Shown: positions 44,148 through 56,198, numbered from the stretch's first letter. The stretch is DNA of 64,000 nt from Gammaproteobacteria bacterium (GCA_003556835.1 PWQG01000243.1:1286-65285), one strand, 5' to 3'. Notes: generated by a model not told the origin, from the sequence alone. Program-made: numbers and translations.

Positions 44148-45041
44148 TCATTCGCTGATTGACGACTGCTCTGCCAGCCCGCTCAGCAATGACGCCCTGT
44201 CCAGGGCCAGCACACCCTCACCACCGTGCTCGAATTCAAGCCAGACGAACGGCATCCGCGGTAACCGACGGGCCAGTGCCTGCCAACTGTGTCCCAGCTC
44301 AAGCACCAGCACTCCGGTGTCGGTGAGGTGAGCGGCCGCTTCGCGCAGTATCCGCAGGGGAATGTCCAGGCCCTCGTCCGCCGAACGCAGCCCCAAAGCC
44401 GGTTCGTGCCGGTACTCTGGTGGCAGATCACGCATTTCCTCATCCGCTACATAGGGTGGATTGCTGACAATCAGGTCGAATCCGTCATCAAGCGATGCAA
44501 AGAGGTCAGACTCGAGCACATGGACACGATCCTCCAGGCCATGACGCCGAACATTCTCGTTGGCCACTGCAAGTGCCTCTCCGGATACGTCGGACAGCAC
44601 CACGCGGGCGGAGGGCCAGTGCTGGGCACAGGCGATACCGATGCACCCACTGCCGGTGCAAAGGTCGAGAATCTGCCGGGGTTCAGTCTCCAGCAATGGC
44701 GCGAAACCGTTGGCAATCAGTTCCGCGATGGGTGATCGTGGAATCAGCACATGCGGATTGACGTGAAACGCCAAACCGGCAAACCAGGCTTCCCCGACCA
44801 GATAAGCCACTGGGACCCGCTCCTGTACACGCCGCCGAGCCAGTTCATGCACTTTCTGCAATTCCTCCCGATCCAGTTCCCGCGCGGCCATCAGCCGTTC
44901 CGCATCCCCGAAATCGAGTCCCAGAGCCGCAAACACCAGGTAAAAGGCCTCATCAGCAGGGTTATCAGTGCCGTGTCCGTAGAACAGCTCCTCCCGCTCG
45001 AATTGCCGGGTGATCCGCCCGACACAGTCCTGCAACTTCAT
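44148..45041 (-). CDS. prmB: Ribosomal protein L3 N5-glutamine methyltransferase
   Basis: [15 protein letters not shown] motif [12 protein letters not shown], catalytic NPPY. ATG 45041 has a GGAG RBS. The ORF continues to a TTG at 45080, so the N-terminus is uncertain. Confidence 0.88.
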   Translation of the reverse strand: MKLQDCVGRITRQFEREELFYGHGTDNPADEAFYLVFAALGLDFGDAERLMAARELDREELQKVHELARRRVQERVPVAYLVGEAWFAGLAFHVNPHVLIPRSPIAELIANGFAPLLETEPRQILDLCTGSGCIGIACAQHWPSARVVLSDVSGEALAVANENVRRHGLEDRVHVLESDLFASLDDGFDLIVSNPPYVADEEMRDLPPEYRHEPALGLRSADEGLDIPLRILREAAAHLTDTGVLVLELGHSWQALARRLPRMPFVWLEFEHGGEGVLALDRASLLSGLAEQSSISE

Positions 45042-45135
45042 GTACACCGGCTCCACTGTCAAAATTCGCTTTACGCCCAAACCGCTTTCGCGTAGGGTAT
45101 CGGGTCTTCAAAAAATCACTCAGGAACGTCTTCCC

Positions 45136-45681
45136 ATGACCATGGAACGTGCTTTCGAGGACATCATCAGTGCCCTCGGCGAAGACCTGTCCCGCGCTGG
45201 CCTGAAAGATACGCCAAAACGTGCCGCCAAGGCGATGGAATTTTTGACCCGTGGCTATCATCAGGACATAGACGAGGTCATCAACGACGCGCTCTTCCCT
45301 TCGGAGTCGGAGGAAATGGTGATCGTCAAGAACATCGAGTTGTACTCGATGTGTGAGCACCACCTGCTACCATTCATCGGTAAGTGCCATGTCGCCTACC
45401 TGCCCAAGGGCAAGGTGATCGGACTGTCCAAGATCGCACGCATCGTCGACATGTTTGCCCGCCGCCTGCAGATTCAGGAAAACCTGACCAAGGAAATCGC
45501 AGAAACCATTGTCAAAACGACTGGCGCCGCCGGCGCGGGGGTCATCATCGAAGCACAACATATGTGCATGATGATGCGCGGCGTGGAAAAGCAGAACTCG
45601 ATCATGACCACATCCAGCATGCTGGGCGCTTTCCGTAACAGCCAGAGCACCCGCATGGAGTTCCTTTCACTGATCGACTGA
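45136..45681 (+). CDS. folE: GTP cyclohydrolase I (FolE type 1)
   Basis: [28 protein letters not shown]-like QENLTKEI, and HMCMMMRGV. Start ATG 45136; the ORF extends to 45010. Confidence 0.94.
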   Translation: MTMERAFEDIISALGEDLSRAGLKDTPKRAAKAMEFLTRGYHQDIDEVINDALFPSESEEMVIVKNIELYSMCEHHLLPFIGKCHVAYLPKGKVIGLSKIARIVDMFARRLQIQENLTKEIAETIVKTTGAAGAGVIIEAQHMCMMMRGVEKQNSIMTTSSMLGAFRNSQSTRMEFLSLID

Positions 45682-45705
45682 AAGCGCTATCCAGCCGCTC
45701 ACACT

Positions 45706-46641
45706 TCAGGGGCGTGTCACAAGTTCCACACGATCGTGACAGGGTCCCTGAAGGCAATAGGGCGCCAGCGGACCGACACCATGGGCTTCCAACCTGGATG
45801 CATTGATTCCCTCCTCCACCAGACGCTGCCGTAGCTGTTCGGCGCGCTCCTGTGAACGGGCCTGCAAAATATCAGTGTCCTCACCGGGTAATCGAAGATG
45901 TGCCACCAGATACACCTCAAGCAACGTATCACGACGTAGCGCCTGCACCACCAGATCGATCCCGTCATCCCCGACCAGTTCGTCATCGTCGTTGAACGCC
46001 AGGTTCTGCAATACGGCGCTTCCATCCTCTTGCAGCCGGCTCAGCATCGCCTCCGGTGTGACCATCAACTGCATATCATCGACTGGGGGCAATTCCAGAA
46101 AATCCAGATGTGCATAGACACGGCGATTACCACGCGTGATCGTGTACAGGGCCGCATAACCACTGACCGGTACGCCATTACGTTCACTGCGGTAGGTGCT
46201 TGCCATATAGTATTGACCACTTTCCGGTCCATACAGAACCCGGTTGCCGAATTTGTCATTGGCCCAGAAGTTACTGCTGCCGCAGCCCCGCCCCTGACAT
46301 TCGAACACGGCGGACTGACCATCACTCAGCAACTGATCACGGAAATGCTGATAGGCGTCCCCGGCCGAAAAACCGGAAGGAATTTCATAGGTCACCCGCG
46401 TCAGAGCCCCCTGAAGGCGTTCGGCACGGCTCGGGGAGACACGACCATCAACCCGCTGCATGCGTCCAAGGGCCAGATCGTATACCGTGCTTTGCTGATG
46501 GCGGAAATCGGCCAACTCGGAGCCCGGGAAACGCTCGAACCCCGCGTAATCACCCGGCTGCGGGGGCTGTGCATATACCAGGGAAATTCCGGAGACCAGG
46601 GCAAGGAACAGCAGTACGACTCTCAAGCCATTGAAGTGCAT
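45706..46641 (-). CDS. Secreted DUF4892-like protein with an OmpA-like C-terminal domain
   Basis: Signal peptide MHFNGLRVVLLFLALVSGISLVYAQ, CQGRGCGSSNFWAN segment, and C-terminal ...YLVAHL.....D...QARSQERAEQLRQRLVEEGINASRLEAHGVGPLAP, resembling OmpA/MotB peptidoglycan-binding domains. Confidence 0.65.
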   Translation of the reverse strand: MHFNGLRVVLLFLALVSGISLVYAQPPQPGDYAGFERFPGSELADFRHQQSTVYDLALGRMQRVDGRVSPSRAERLQGALTRVTYEIPSGFSAGDAYQHFRDQLLSDGQSAVFECQGRGCGSSNFWANDKFGNRVLYGPESGQYYMASTYRSERNGVPVSGYAALYTITRGNRRVYAHLDFLELPPVDDMQLMVTPEAMLSRLQEDGSAVLQNLAFNDDDELVGDDGIDLVVQALRRDTLLEVYLVAHLRLPGEDTDILQARSQERAEQLRQRLVEEGINASRLEAHGVGPLAPYCLQGPCHDRVELVTRP

Positions 46642-46673
46642 GTAAAAATTCCGTCAGACAGTGAATGTCCCCG

Positions 46674-46703
46674 ATTGTAGCCCGGGGCGCGCTCGTACAT
46701 CAA
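46674..46703 (-). promoter_or_regulatory. Candidate sigma70 promoter for the DUF4892-like gene
   Basis: Minus strand reads TTGATG (46703-46698), 18-nt spacer, TACAAT (46679-46674), about 30 nt upstream of ATG 46641. Confidence 0.35.
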
Positions 46704-46737
46704 ATACCAGGGAAACTCTGATCAATTCCATGGCCGC

Positions 46738-47109
46738 TCAGGATTTCGGTCGGTCGTCATCCGACGGATCAGCTTCCGTCTCACCATCAACGGTCTCCCC
46801 GTCATGGTCTTCCCCGGGAGCCGGTAATGCATTGTCCGAAATCGGGAAGTTGGAGAATGGAAAGGGTCGATATTCGCTATTGTAGGTGAGAAACCGCAAC
46901 ATCTCATGCACATAGACACTGAGGCTGTTACCCAATCGACGCAGATTGATGTTGTCGCTTCCGGTTACCAGTGTGAACAGGGCCTGGGCCACAACCAGCA
47001 CCAGAATCACCACCCCGGTGACATACAGGGCCACGAAAAAAACCAGCATATACAGAATGCGCAGCCAGTGGCGCTTCTTCTGTACATTTTCGATGAAATC
47101 ATCCGACAT
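46738..47109 (-). CDS. DUF4389 domain-containing membrane protein
   Basis: 123 aa with RILYMLVFFVALYVTGVVILVLVVAQALFTLVTG and a YNSEYRPFPF tail, which I recognise as DUF4389-like. Confidence 0.65.
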   Translation of the reverse strand: MSDDFIENVQKKRHWLRILYMLVFFVALYVTGVVILVLVVAQALFTLVTGSDNINLRRLGNSLSVYVHEMLRFLTYNSEYRPFPFSNFPISDNALPAPGEDHDGETVDGETEADPSDDDRPKS

Positions 47110-47151
47110 GTGTCCCTCCCGGAATCCGTAGCGCGGTTACAGAGCACCGGG

Positions 47152-48174
47152 CTACCGAGATTCCACCGCTTCATACTCCACGTCCAGGGCCTGTTCGCCA
47201 AGCATCAGCGATGCCACCACGTGCTGCACGGACTGTCCTTCATACATGATGGCATACAGTCCGCTGGCCAGTGGCATGTAGACATCCAGTTCGTCAGCCT
47301 TGTGTTTGACCAGTTTCAGCGTATTGACGCCTTCGGCCACCTGCCCAAGCTCCTCCACAATCTCGTCCAGCGAACGCCCTTTCCCCAGCCCATAACCGAC
47401 ACTGAAGTTCCGGCTCAATGAAGAAGAGCAGGTCACGATCAGGTCGCCCACGCCGGACAGCCCCAGAAACGTCATCGGGTCAGCGCCGATACGACGACCG
47501 AAACGCGCCATCTCGGTGAGGCTACGGGTGATCAGCATACCATTGGTGTTGGCGCCCATGCCCAGCGCCGATGCCAGCCCGGCAATAATGGCATAGATGT
47601 TCTTCAGTGATCCTCCGAGCTCAACACCGAACATGTCGGCATTACTGTACACCCGAAAATATTCCGAGCGCAGCACGCGGCGAACCTTGTCCATTACTTC
47701 AGGGTCATCACTGGCCACCACAGTACCGGCCAGATTACGGTCGGCGATTTCGCGTGCCAGATTGGGACCACTGAGCACGCCCACCGGCGCACCGGGCAGG
47801 ACCTCCCGCAATACCTGGCTCATCAGCAGGAAACTGCCGGCCTCAATGCCTTTGGTGGTACTGACCAGCAGACTGTCCGGTCGACGGTGGGGTTTCATCC
47901 GCTCCAGTACCCGGCGGAAATAGGCACTGGGCACTGCCACAAAAATCATCTCGGCATCAGCCACGGCCGCTGCCATGTCATGGGTGGCCAGAATATTCTC
48001 GTGCAGGCGGTATCCGGGCAGATAGCGGCTGTTCTCACGCGAACGGTTCACCTCGTCGGCAAGACTCTCACTGCGCATCCAGAACCTGACCTGATAGCCA
48101 TTCTCGGCGATGATATTGGCAATGACTGTCCCGAAACTGCCTCCACCCAGCACTGCAACGGTCTGCACCGGCAT
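47152..48174 (-). CDS. gpsA: NAD(P)H-dependent glycerol-3-phosphate dehydrogenase
   Basis: VAVLGGGSFGT Rossmann motif, GPNLAREI, LKNIYAIIAG, GVGDLIVTC. Confidence 0.95.
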   Translation of the reverse strand: MPVQTVAVLGGGSFGTVIANIIAENGYQVRFWMRSESLADEVNRSRENSRYLPGYRLHENILATHDMAAAVADAEMIFVAVPSAYFRRVLERMKPHRRPDSLLVSTTKGIEAGSFLLMSQVLREVLPGAPVGVLSGPNLAREIADRNLAGTVVASDDPEVMDKVRRVLRSEYFRVYSNADMFGVELGGSLKNIYAIIAGLASALGMGANTNGMLITRSLTEMARFGRRIGADPMTFLGLSGVGDLIVTCSSSLSRNFSVGYGLGKGRSLDEIVEELGQVAEGVNTLKLVKHKADELDVYMPLASGLYAIMYEGQSVQHVVASLMLGEQALDVEYEAVESR

Positions 48175-48240
48175 GGCCTTGAACTCCTGTAAATGCTTTG
48201 CGTGTTCCTGTTCCTGCGGCGCAGGCCAGCGGCAATCCTC

Positions 48241-48717
48241 TCAGAAGCGTTCGTTCTGGCGGATTTTCCAGTTTTCATAATATTCGAGACTGATGATCTC
48301 GTTGAGCTCCTCGAATTCGAGCATCTTCTGGTGTAGGGAAGCCCGCACCACATCACCGACTGATAACACGCCGATGATGTCCTCGCCATCTTTGACCATC
48401 ACATGCCGGATACGCTGTCCGAGAAATCTGTCATAGAGCTGATATACCTGTTCGTCGGCATCGGCAATGATCAGATGAGGGTTCATATAGTCGCTCATAC
48501 TGGCTGTGCGGTGATCAAAGCCTTTCTGCAATATCTGCACCCTGAGGTCGCGCTCGGTCCAGATGCCGACGTGCTCCCCATCACGGGTCACGACCACGGC
48601 GCCGACATTGTGTTTCGCCATGACCGCCAGTGCGTCCACGACTTTTGCGTCGGCGTCCACGGAAATGATTTCACCGCCTTTTTCCTTGAGAATATCTCCC
48701 GCTGTTCTTTTCATCAT
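48241..48717 (-). CDS. CBS domain pair protein
   Basis: Two CBS repeats (VVDALAVMAKHNVGAVVV..., RIRHVMVKDGEDIIGVLSVGDVV). Start ATG 48717 or 48714. Confidence 0.8.
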   Translation of the reverse strand: MMKRTAGDILKEKGGEIISVDADAKVVDALAVMAKHNVGAVVVTRDGEHVGIWTERDLRVQILQKGFDHRTASMSDYMNPHLIIADADEQVYQLYDRFLGQRIRHVMVKDGEDIIGVLSVGDVVRASLHQKMLEFEELNEIISLEYYENWKIRQNERF

Positions 48718-48825
48718 CAGGCTCCTGGCCGCCCTGGACGGCAATCGGGGAAGTTACACACCCTGATTCAGCTTAATGGAGCCTGTTCCTGCTTGTCCAG
48801 AGATTCCCCGGAAACTCTCGGCTGC

Positions 48826-50217
48826 TCAGAACACCCGGTTGAGGCCGTCCAGAGCAGCAATTCGATACGCCTCGGCCATGGTCGGGTAGTTGAAAGTGGT
48901 GTCCAGGAAGTAATGCATGGTGTTGGCGTCCCCTTCCTGCAACATGATCGCCTGACCGATATGCACGATTTCAGAGGCCTGATCACCAAAGCAGTGGATG
49001 CCCAGTATTTCCAGGGTGTCGAAATGGAAAATGATTTTCAGCATACCCACCGCCTCGCCGGTAATCTGGCCACGTGCGGTGTCATTGAAAAACGCCTTGC
49101 CCACCTCGTAGGGCACCTGGGCCTCGGTCAGTTCCTGTTCGTTTTTGCCAAGGGTACTGATCTCCGGGATCGTATAGATGCCGGAAGCAACCCGGTCTAT
49201 CGCCTTGAACGCAGACGGGTTGACAATCGCGTTGCTTGCCGCCCTGCCCTGATCATAGGCCGCGCTGGCCAGCGAGGGCCAGCCGATGACATCACCGGCG
49301 CCGTAGATATGCTCCACAGTAGACTGATAGCGCCCGTTGACTTCCATTTGACCACGATTGTTGATCGGGATACCAAGCGCATCCAGGCCCAGGTTCTCGG
49401 TGTTGCCGGAACGTCCATTCGCCCAGAGCACGATGTCACTCTTGATGCGCTTGCCGGATTTCAGATGGGTGACAATATGGGTATCGTGGTATTCGATGCG
49501 CTCGTATTCTTCATTGTGTCGGCTGCGCACACCGGCATTACGCAGGTGATAACTGAGGGCATCGGAAATTTCCCAGTCCAGGAAGGACAACAGGCTTTCA
49601 GCCGGGTTGATCAGCTCCACTTTGCAGCCCAGGCCACCAAATATGGATGCGTATTCACAGCCGATCACGCCGGCCCCGATCACGGTGACCTTCTGTGGTG
49701 AATGATCCAGCTCCAGGATGGTGTCGCTATCGAACATGCGCGAATGAGTGAAATCGACGTCATCCGGTCGATAAGGGCGTGAGCCGGTGGCGATGATGAA
49801 ATGATCCGCAGTCAGCTGACGACCACGCGGACCCAACTTGATGGTGTGTTCATCGAGAAAATGCGCATTGCCCGAAAGCACGTCGACGCCATTTTTCTCG
49901 TAGTAATTACTGCGCAGGAAAACCTGTTCGTCGATGACCCGCCCGGCCTGGTGGATGATTTGCGGAAACGTCGGTTTGCGCAGAATGGCGTACTCACGTA
50001 ACAAAGGATTGGTGCGAAACTCCATGATCTGCTTGACCGAATGTCGCAGGGCCTTGGAGGGAATTGTCCCCAGATGCGTGCAATTACCCCCAACTTTCTC
50101 CCGATCGCTGACAATGGCAACATCTTTACCGTTCTTGGCAGAGTTGATGGCTGCAGACTCACCCGCCGGACCGCTGCCAATCACAATGATTTCATAATGC
50201 GTCTTTGCTTTTGCCAT
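48826..50217 (-). CDS. sthA: Soluble pyridine nucleotide transhydrogenase
   Basis: [23 protein letters not shown] (single-Cys SthA-type site), [12 protein letters not shown], and conserved C-terminal dimerisation region. Confidence 0.93.
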   Translation of the reverse strand: MAKAKTHYEIIVIGSGPAGESAAINSAKNGKDVAIVSDREKVGGNCTHLGTIPSKALRHSVKQIMEFRTNPLLREYAILRKPTFPQIIHQAGRVIDEQVFLRSNYYEKNGVDVLSGNAHFLDEHTIKLGPRGRQLTADHFIIATGSRPYRPDDVDFTHSRMFDSDTILELDHSPQKVTVIGAGVIGCEYASIFGGLGCKVELINPAESLLSFLDWEISDALSYHLRNAGVRSRHNEEYERIEYHDTHIVTHLKSGKRIKSDIVLWANGRSGNTENLGLDALGIPINNRGQMEVNGRYQSTVEHIYGAGDVIGWPSLASAAYDQGRAASNAIVNPSAFKAIDRVASGIYTIPEISTLGKNEQELTEAQVPYEVGKAFFNDTARGQITGEAVGMLKIIFHFDTLEILGIHCFGDQASEIVHIGQAIMLQEGDANTMHYFLDTTFNYPTMAEAYRIAALDGLNRVF

Positions 50218-50256
50218 GCCCCGGCCTCCCTGTTGCTTCTTCTCGAATGTTCCGGC

Positions 50257-50442
50257 TCACCGCCCGCCAGACTCGCCACACTTCTTCGGATTGCCACCAC
50301 AAATCTCGCAATCCTCTTCAACCCCCACATTATTCAGCCCGCCGCAGGATCCTTTGATCGGTGTACGCCCGAAAATCACACCAATGGCCATACCTCCCAC
50401 TATCAGGGTCATGACCAGAATGGTCATCAATACCGTAGCCAT
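50257..50442 (-). CDS. nqrM: Na+-NQR maturation protein NqrM
   Basis: 61 aa: one TM followed by GSCGGLNNVG....CEICGGNPKKC. Starts 3 nt after the apbE stop. Confidence 0.85.
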   Translation of the reverse strand: MATVLMTILVMTLIVGGMAIGVIFGRTPIKGSCGGLNNVGVEEDCEICGGNPKKCGESGGR

Positions 50443-50445
50443 ACC

Positions 50446-51501
50446 TCACCTCTCTTCAACATAGCGGGCAAAAGAATCGGTCACATACTCGGCAAACCGT
50501 TCCTCCTCTTGCTCGCGGTAAATGAAATAGGCAGCGATGCCTTCCTGCTCCGCCAAGGCAATGCCCCGCTCAAGCCCCATGGCCATGAAAGCCGTGGTAA
50601 GCGCATCGGCCATTTTCGCCGTATCCGTTATCACATAGACCGCAGCCAGTTTATCTACTACAGGACGACCGGTGAAAGGATCAATTTCGTGTGAAAATCG
50701 CTGATCATCAGCAACAAAATAATTGCGATAATCGCCGGAGCCAGCCAGAGCAATGGATTCACCACGAGTGTTCAGCACCGCTTGAACCTGTCGCTGCCCG
50801 GACACCGGACGCTCGATGGCTGGCACCCAACTGTTACCATCATGGCGTAGGCCGCGAACCCTAAGCTCACCCCCCACCTCAATGAAATAATTCTCCATGC
50901 CGAGGCTGTCGAAATAATCGGCCACCACATCGGTGCCATAACCCTTGGCAATGCCACCAAGATCAATCTCCAGGGCAGAACGCTTGCGCAAAGCCGGTGG
51001 CGACTGACGAACCTCCAGCTGGCGATAGTCGACCTGACGTTGCAGGGATCCGATTTCACTTTCATCCGGAACCAGCTCTGCCTCTGCCACTCGCCGAGAG
51101 CCAAAACCCCATCGTTGCACCAGTGGCGCTACCGTGATGTCAAAATATCCACCACTCAGGGCACTGACTTGCTGGGCGGTCTGGACCACACTGGCCACCT
51201 CCCTCGATACAGCGAACCATTGTCCGGTTTGCGCATCATTGAAGCGTGATATTTCCGAATCCGGCGAGTAGATGGAGAATTGTTCACGATCCACTCGCTG
51301 CAGACGTTCGTCAATCTCCTGGGCGAGAACCTCCGGATCAACGTCATCAGGGAACTCCCAGAGCTGTACCTGATAGGTGGTGCCCATCGTCTGCCCTGTG
51401 AGCTGGTAGAGTTGCGGCCCCGAATCCGGGCGCAACAGAACCCAGGCAAAAAACAGCCCGAGAAAAATCAGCGTGTAGCGAAACCGCTTCAGATAGTGCA
51501 T
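50446..51501 (-). CDS. apbE: FAD:protein FMN transferase ApbE
   Basis: GQTMGTTY, FDITV.PLV..WGFG, IDLGGIAKGYG, and TSGDY-like GSGDYRNYF. Confidence 0.93.
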   Translation of the reverse strand: MHYLKRFRYTLIFLGLFFAWVLLRPDSGPQLYQLTGQTMGTTYQVQLWEFPDDVDPEVLAQEIDERLQRVDREQFSIYSPDSEISRFNDAQTGQWFAVSREVASVVQTAQQVSALSGGYFDITVAPLVQRWGFGSRRVAEAELVPDESEIGSLQRQVDYRQLEVRQSPPALRKRSALEIDLGGIAKGYGTDVVADYFDSLGMENYFIEVGGELRVRGLRHDGNSWVPAIERPVSGQRQVQAVLNTRGESIALAGSGDYRNYFVADDQRFSHEIDPFTGRPVVDKLAAVYVITDTAKMADALTTAFMAMGLERGIALAEQEGIAAYFIYREQEEERFAEYVTDSFARYVEER

Positions 51502-51511
51502 CGTTCTCCTG

Positions 51512-51556
51512 ACGAAAAAAGGGGAAGTGGGCGAATCCTCACCCGTCTCCCCCCAT
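51512..51556 (-). terminator. Intrinsic terminator-like hairpin between nqrF and apbE
   Basis: Minus-strand RNA GGGGAGACGGGUGAGGAUUCGCCCACUUCCCC (pairs 51521-51531 with 51542-52) followed by UUUUUU (complement of 51515-51520). The apbE RBS AGGAGA begins 4 nt after the U-run. Confidence 0.6.
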
Positions 51557-51633
51557 TTTTATTTTCCGGATCGTGTCAGCGGGTAAATCCAGCTCTGAAA
51601 CCAGAGCAATCAGCTTACCTTCTCGAACATCGA

Positions 51634-52860
51634 TCAATCGAACTCGTCCAGCATGATGTTCTCGTCCTCGACACCCAGATCCTTGAGCATCTTGATGACC
51701 GAGGAATTCATCATGGGCGGCCCACAGAGATAATATTCACAGTCTTCGGGTGCCGGGTGATCCTTAAGGTAATTCTCATAGGCAACCGTGTGAATGAAAC
51801 CGGTCGGCCCCTTCCAGTCATCCTCCGGCTGGGGATCGGAGAGCGCGACATGCCATTCAAAATTGTCGTTCTCTTTGTCCAGCTCATCGAAATCTTCCAC
51901 ATAGAACATTTCGCGACGGCTGCGGGCACCATACCAGAAGGTCATCTTCCGGTCCGTCTTGATACGGCGCAACTGATCAAAGATGTGCGAACGCATCGGC
52001 GCCATGCCGGCACCACCGCCAACAAACACCATCTCATTGTCCGTGTCCTTGGCAAAGAATTCACCAAAGGGACCGAACACCTTAAGCGTATCACCCGGCT
52101 TGAGATTGAAGACATAGGACGACATGACACCAGGCGGGTGATTGGTACCCGGAGGGGGAGTCGCGATGCGGATATTGAATTTCAGTACGCCCTTCTCTTC
52201 CGGGTAGTTTGCCATGGAATAGGCACGAGTGGTGGTTTCATTGACTTTGGATTTGAGATCAAACAGGCCAAACTTTTCCCAGTCGCCCCGGTATTCCTCG
52301 TCAATTTCGAAGTCCTTGAAGTCCACCTCATGCGGCGGCACTTCCATCTGCACATAGCCACCGGCACGAAATTTCACTTCTTCTCCCTCAGGAATCTCAA
52401 GCACCAGCTCCTTGATGAACGTGGCAACGTTGTGATTGGAGATCACCTTGCATTCCCATTGCTTGACGCCGAAGAACTCGGGATCCACTTCCACTTTCAT
52501 GTCCTGCTTGACCGAAACCTGGCAGGAAAGGCGCCAGTTCTCCTTGGCCTCCTTCATGGTAAAGTGACTGGCCTCGGTGGGCAGCATCGATCCACCACCG
52601 TCATGTACCTGGCAGGCACACTGGGCACAAGTACCACCGCCGCCACAGGCGGAGGACAGGTAGATACCCTCCTCGGCCAGGGTGTTCAGCAGTTTGCCAC
52701 CGGCGGGAACGGTGATGGCCTTGTCCGGGTCACCGTTGATTTCAATCGTGACATTCCCCGAGCTGACCATCTTGGAGCGAGCAGCAATGATGACCCCTAC
52801 CAGCGCCATCACCAGGCCGGTGAACATCGTCACGCCACTGATTATCGTTGTGATATCCAT
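51634..52860 (-). CDS. nqrF: Na+-translocating NADH:quinone oxidoreductase subunit F
   Basis: N-terminal TM, 2Fe-2[18 protein letters not shown] domain [20 protein letters not shown]. Confidence 0.97.
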   Translation of the reverse strand: MDITTIISGVTMFTGLVMALVGVIIAARSKMVSSGNVTIEINGDPDKAITVPAGGKLLNTLAEEGIYLSSACGGGGTCAQCACQVHDGGGSMLPTEASHFTMKEAKENWRLSCQVSVKQDMKVEVDPEFFGVKQWECKVISNHNVATFIKELVLEIPEGEEVKFRAGGYVQMEVPPHEVDFKDFEIDEEYRGDWEKFGLFDLKSKVNETTTRAYSMANYPEEKGVLKFNIRIATPPPGTNHPPGVMSSYVFNLKPGDTLKVFGPFGEFFAKDTDNEMVFVGGGAGMAPMRSHIFDQLRRIKTDRKMTFWYGARSRREMFYVEDFDELDKENDNFEWHVALSDPQPEDDWKGPTGFIHTVAYENYLKDHPAPEDCEYYLCGPPMMNSSVIKMLKDLGVEDENIMLDEFD

Positions 52861-52888
52861 TGTTTACAGGACCCTTATCTAGCAATTC

Positions 52889-53497
52889 TTACAAGGACAG
52901 ACCACTGAAGGACATGAAACCGAGTGACATCAGTCCTGTGGAAATGAAGGTGATACCCAGGCCGCGCAAACCTGGAGGCACATCACTGTACTTCAGTTTT
53001 TCGCGGATGCCCGCCAGGGCAACCACCGCCAGGGCAAAACCGACACCGGCACCAATTCCGTATACGACACTTTCCGGAAAAGTGTAGGATCGCTCGACCA
53101 TGAACAGGGAAGCACCCAGGATCGCACAATTCACCGTGATCAGAGGCAGGAACACACCAAGGGCGTTATACAGTGCGGGGATGTATTTATCGAGGAACAT
53201 CTCCAGAATCTGGACTATGGCTGCGATCACACCGATATAGGCCAGGAAGCCGAGGAAGCTAAGGTCCACGTCCGGCAGGCCGGCCCATGACAGAGCGCCG
53301 TCACGCAGGAGGTAGTTGTAAATCAGGTTGTTGACCGGCACGGTAATGGCTTGCACCACCACCACAGCAATACCCAGGCCCAGCGCGGTCTCGACTTTCT
53401 TGGATACCGCGAGGAAGGTACACATGCCGAGGAACAACATCAGCGCCATGTTTTCGACAAAAACGGCGCTTATGAAAAGACTGAGATAATACTCCAT
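52889..53497 (-). CDS. nqrE: Na+-NQR subunit E
   Basis: 202 aa, polytopic; [23 protein letters not shown] is the NqrE/RnfA family signature. Confidence 0.95.
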   Translation of the reverse strand: MEYYLSLFISAVFVENMALMLFLGMCTFLAVSKKVETALGLGIAVVVVQAITVPVNNLIYNYLLRDGALSWAGLPDVDLSFLGFLAYIGVIAAIVQILEMFLDKYIPALYNALGVFLPLITVNCAILGASLFMVERSYTFPESVVYGIGAGVGFALAVVALAGIREKLKYSDVPPGLRGLGITFISTGLMSLGFMSFSGLSL

Positions 53498-54168
53498 TAC
53501 TGTACAACCTCCTCAGGCGTATGCGGCATCATCTTGAACTCGTTCTCTTCAACCTGGTCCGTATAGGCATTACGCAGAATCCAGATAAAGAAACCGATGA
53601 TGAAAAAGGCACTCGGAGCAAGCAACATTAGGCCATTGCCCTGATACCAGCCGCCGGTTTCCACCATGGGCAGGAGCTGGAAGCCCAGCAGGCTACCGGA
53701 ACCAAACAGCTCCCGCAGTGTTCCGACCACGATCAGGACCACGCTGTAGCCCAGGCCATTACCGATACCATCCATCAGGCTTGGCAGCGGAGGATTCTGG
53801 GAAGCAAAGGCTTCAGCACGACCCAGGACAATACAGTTGGTGATGATCAACCCGACAAAAACACTGAGCTGTTTGCTGATTTCAAAGGCCACTGCCTTGA
53901 GTATCTGGTCCACCATGATCACCAGGGAGGCGATGATGGTCATCTGGATGATGATCCGGATGGAGCTGGGCATGTGATTGCGCAGCGTGGAAATGAAGAA
54001 ATTGGACAGGGCACAGACGGTGGTCAGCGCCACACACATGACCAATGTCACCGACAGGCTGGTGGTTACCGCCAGCGCCGAACAGACACCCAATACCTGA
54101 AGGGCAATGGGATTGTTGGCAAATATCGGTTTGATCAGAATCGTTTTATTGACTGTTGAAGTCGCCAT
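53497..54168 (-). CDS. nqrD: Na+-NQR subunit D
   Basis: [17 protein letters not shown] and LGRAEAFA are the NqrD/RnfE signature. Start ATG 54168; the ORF extends to 54258. Confidence 0.95.
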   Translation of the reverse strand: MATSTVNKTILIKPIFANNPIALQVLGVCSALAVTTSLSVTLVMCVALTTVCALSNFFISTLRNHMPSSIRIIIQMTIIASLVIMVDQILKAVAFEISKQLSVFVGLIITNCIVLGRAEAFASQNPPLPSLMDGIGNGLGYSVVLIVVGTLRELFGSGSLLGFQLLPMVETGGWYQGNGLMLLAPSAFFIIGFFIWILRNAYTDQVEENEFKMMPHTPEEVVQ

Positions 54169-54178
54169 GATTACCTCT

Positions 54179-54979
54179 TCACCCTCTGACTTCGTTTTCG
54201 ATGTACGGCCCGAAGCCAAGGTCACCCAACCAGAACTGAATGGTGTTCTCGACACCACGTGCGGTCAATGTGGCTCCGGAAAGACCATCAATCTCGTGCG
54301 GCCCGTCACCCCCGCCCTGCACGACGCGGAAAGCAACCTCGTTCTGGTCATCGTAGATTTCCTTACCAGGCCATTGCTGCAGCCAGCGCGGGTTGTTGAT
54401 CTCCCCGCCCAGGCCCGGTGTCTCCTGGTGATCATAGAAGCCGATACCGCGAACGGTATCGCCGTCACCCTCGAGCGCCAGATATCCATACATGATGCCC
54501 CAGAGGCCATAACCGCTTACCGGAATGACCACGGTTTCATAACCGCTGCCATCCTCGGCCTCGATGACAAAGACCGTGGCGTAATTGACACGCCGACGTA
54601 TGGAGGCCACATCCTCGTTACCAGTGAGATTGCGCGAATACTGTGGATCGTTCTTGGCACGCTGCTCGTCATAGGTTGCCGGATCGATACCCAGCTCCGC
54701 CATTCGCTCATCCGACAGATAGCTGCCGTTGGTCAGGTCGACCATGCGTGGCGTGAACTGCGCGAACATTTCTTCCACGTCCGCATTGGTATGCACCGAG
54801 GTATCAAATATGCCAGCAGCGACAAGAATGTTCTTGTTACGGTCGAGCAACATGTTGGCCTGCTGCATGGGGCGCAGCATTACGGCTGTGCTGGAGATCA
54901 CAATCGAACAGACAACGCAGAGACCCAGCGCGACCTTGATCGTATTGCCAATGGAATTGACCGATTTCTTAGACGACAT
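54179..54979 (-). CDS. nqrC: Na+-NQR subunit C
   Basis: Single TM plus FMN attachment motif GLSGATLT(ARG). Confidence 0.94.
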   Translation of the reverse strand: MSSKKSVNSIGNTIKVALGLCVVCSIVISSTAVMLRPMQQANMLLDRNKNILVAAGIFDTSVHTNADVEEMFAQFTPRMVDLTNGSYLSDERMAELGIDPATYDEQRAKNDPQYSRNLTGNEDVASIRRRVNYATVFVIEAEDGSGYETVVIPVSGYGLWGIMYGYLALEGDGDTVRGIGFYDHQETPGLGGEINNPRWLQQWPGKEIYDDQNEVAFRVVQGGGDGPHEIDGLSGATLTARGVENTIQFWLGDLGFGPYIENEVRG

Positions 54980-56186
54980 TTCGAGCTAACCTCCGCTTCA
55001 CATTCGCCTTGACCACAAAATAGTCGATCAACGGCGCAAACAGGTTGGCAAACAGGATCGCGAGCATTACACCTTCCGGGTAGGCCGGATTGAGCACCCG
55101 GATCATCACGACCATCACACCAATTAGCAGACCGAATATCCACTTGCCTGTATTCGTCATGGAGGCCGAAACCGGATCAGTGGCCATGAACACCATGCCA
55201 AAAGCAAAGCCGCCAACCACCAGATGCCAGTACCATGGCATGGCAAAGGCCGGATTGGTATCGGAACCGACCATGTTGAGCAGGGTCGACAACAGCACCA
55301 TCCCCAGGAAAACGCCCGCCATGATACGCCAGGACGCGATTCGAGTGATCAGCAGGATGGCCGCACCGATCAGGATGGCCAGGGTCGAAACTTCGCCTAT
55401 GGATCCCTGCATACGACCGAAAAACGCGTCCAGCCAGGTGAGCTGCTCGCCAGTGGCCGCCGCAATCATTGGCAAACCATTGTCAGCAACCTGCGCCAGG
55501 GCAGTGGCACCACTGAATCCGTCCACTGCGGTCCAGACCGAGTCGCCCGACAGCTGCGGTGCGTAGGCAAAGAACAGGAACGCCCGACCGGTCAGCGCCG
55601 GGTTGAGGAAGTTCTTGCCGGTGCCACCAAAGACTTCCTTGCCGACGATGACGCCAAAGGTGATGCCCAGCGCAGCCTGCCAGAGCGGCAGGTCCGGCGG
55701 CACAATCAGGGAGAACAGGATCGAGGTGACAAAGAAGCCCTCATTGATCTCGTGATTGCGTTTGATGGCAAACAACACTTCCCAGAAGCCACCCACCACG
55801 AACACAACAAAATAGATGGGCACGTAATAAACGGCGCCATGCCAGAAATTGTCCCATATGCTGGAAGGATCGTGACCGGCGATCAGGCCCAATACCGCGC
55901 CGCGCATACCGTCCAGGGACTCGATGCCCATGTTCATCATGGCCATGTTGGCCTGATAACCGACGTTGTACATGCCGTAGAACATGGCCGGGAAAGCGGC
56001 CAACCATACGGTGATCATGATGCGCTTGAGATCTATACCGTCACGTATGTGAGCACCGGTTTTGGTGACACTGCTCGGGCTGTAGAAAATCGTATCCACT
56101 GCTTCGTACAGGGGATACAGTTTTTCATATTTGCCACCCTTCTCGAAGTGCGGCTCCAGTTTGTCCAGTTGTTTACGCAGACCCAT
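54969..56186 (-). CDS. nqrB: Na+-NQR subunit B
   Basis: 405 aa, polytopic, with FMN attachment motif DGFSGATAL. Confidence 0.95.
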   Translation of the reverse strand: MGLRKQLDKLEPHFEKGGKYEKLYPLYEAVDTIFYSPSSVTKTGAHIRDGIDLKRIMITVWLAAFPAMFYGMYNVGYQANMAMMNMGIESLDGMRGAVLGLIAGHDPSSIWDNFWHGAVYYVPIYFVVFVVGGFWEVLFAIKRNHEINEGFFVTSILFSLIVPPDLPLWQAALGITFGVIVGKEVFGGTGKNFLNPALTGRAFLFFAYAPQLSGDSVWTAVDGFSGATALAQVADNGLPMIAAATGEQLTWLDAFFGRMQGSIGEVSTLAILIGAAILLITRIASWRIMAGVFLGMVLLSTLLNMVGSDTNPAFAMPWYWHLVVGGFAFGMVFMATDPVSASMTNTGKWIFGLLIGVMVVMIRVLNPAYPEGVMLAILFANLFAPLIDYFVVKANVKRRLARNVV

Positions 56187-56198
56187 GTCAGAATTCCG

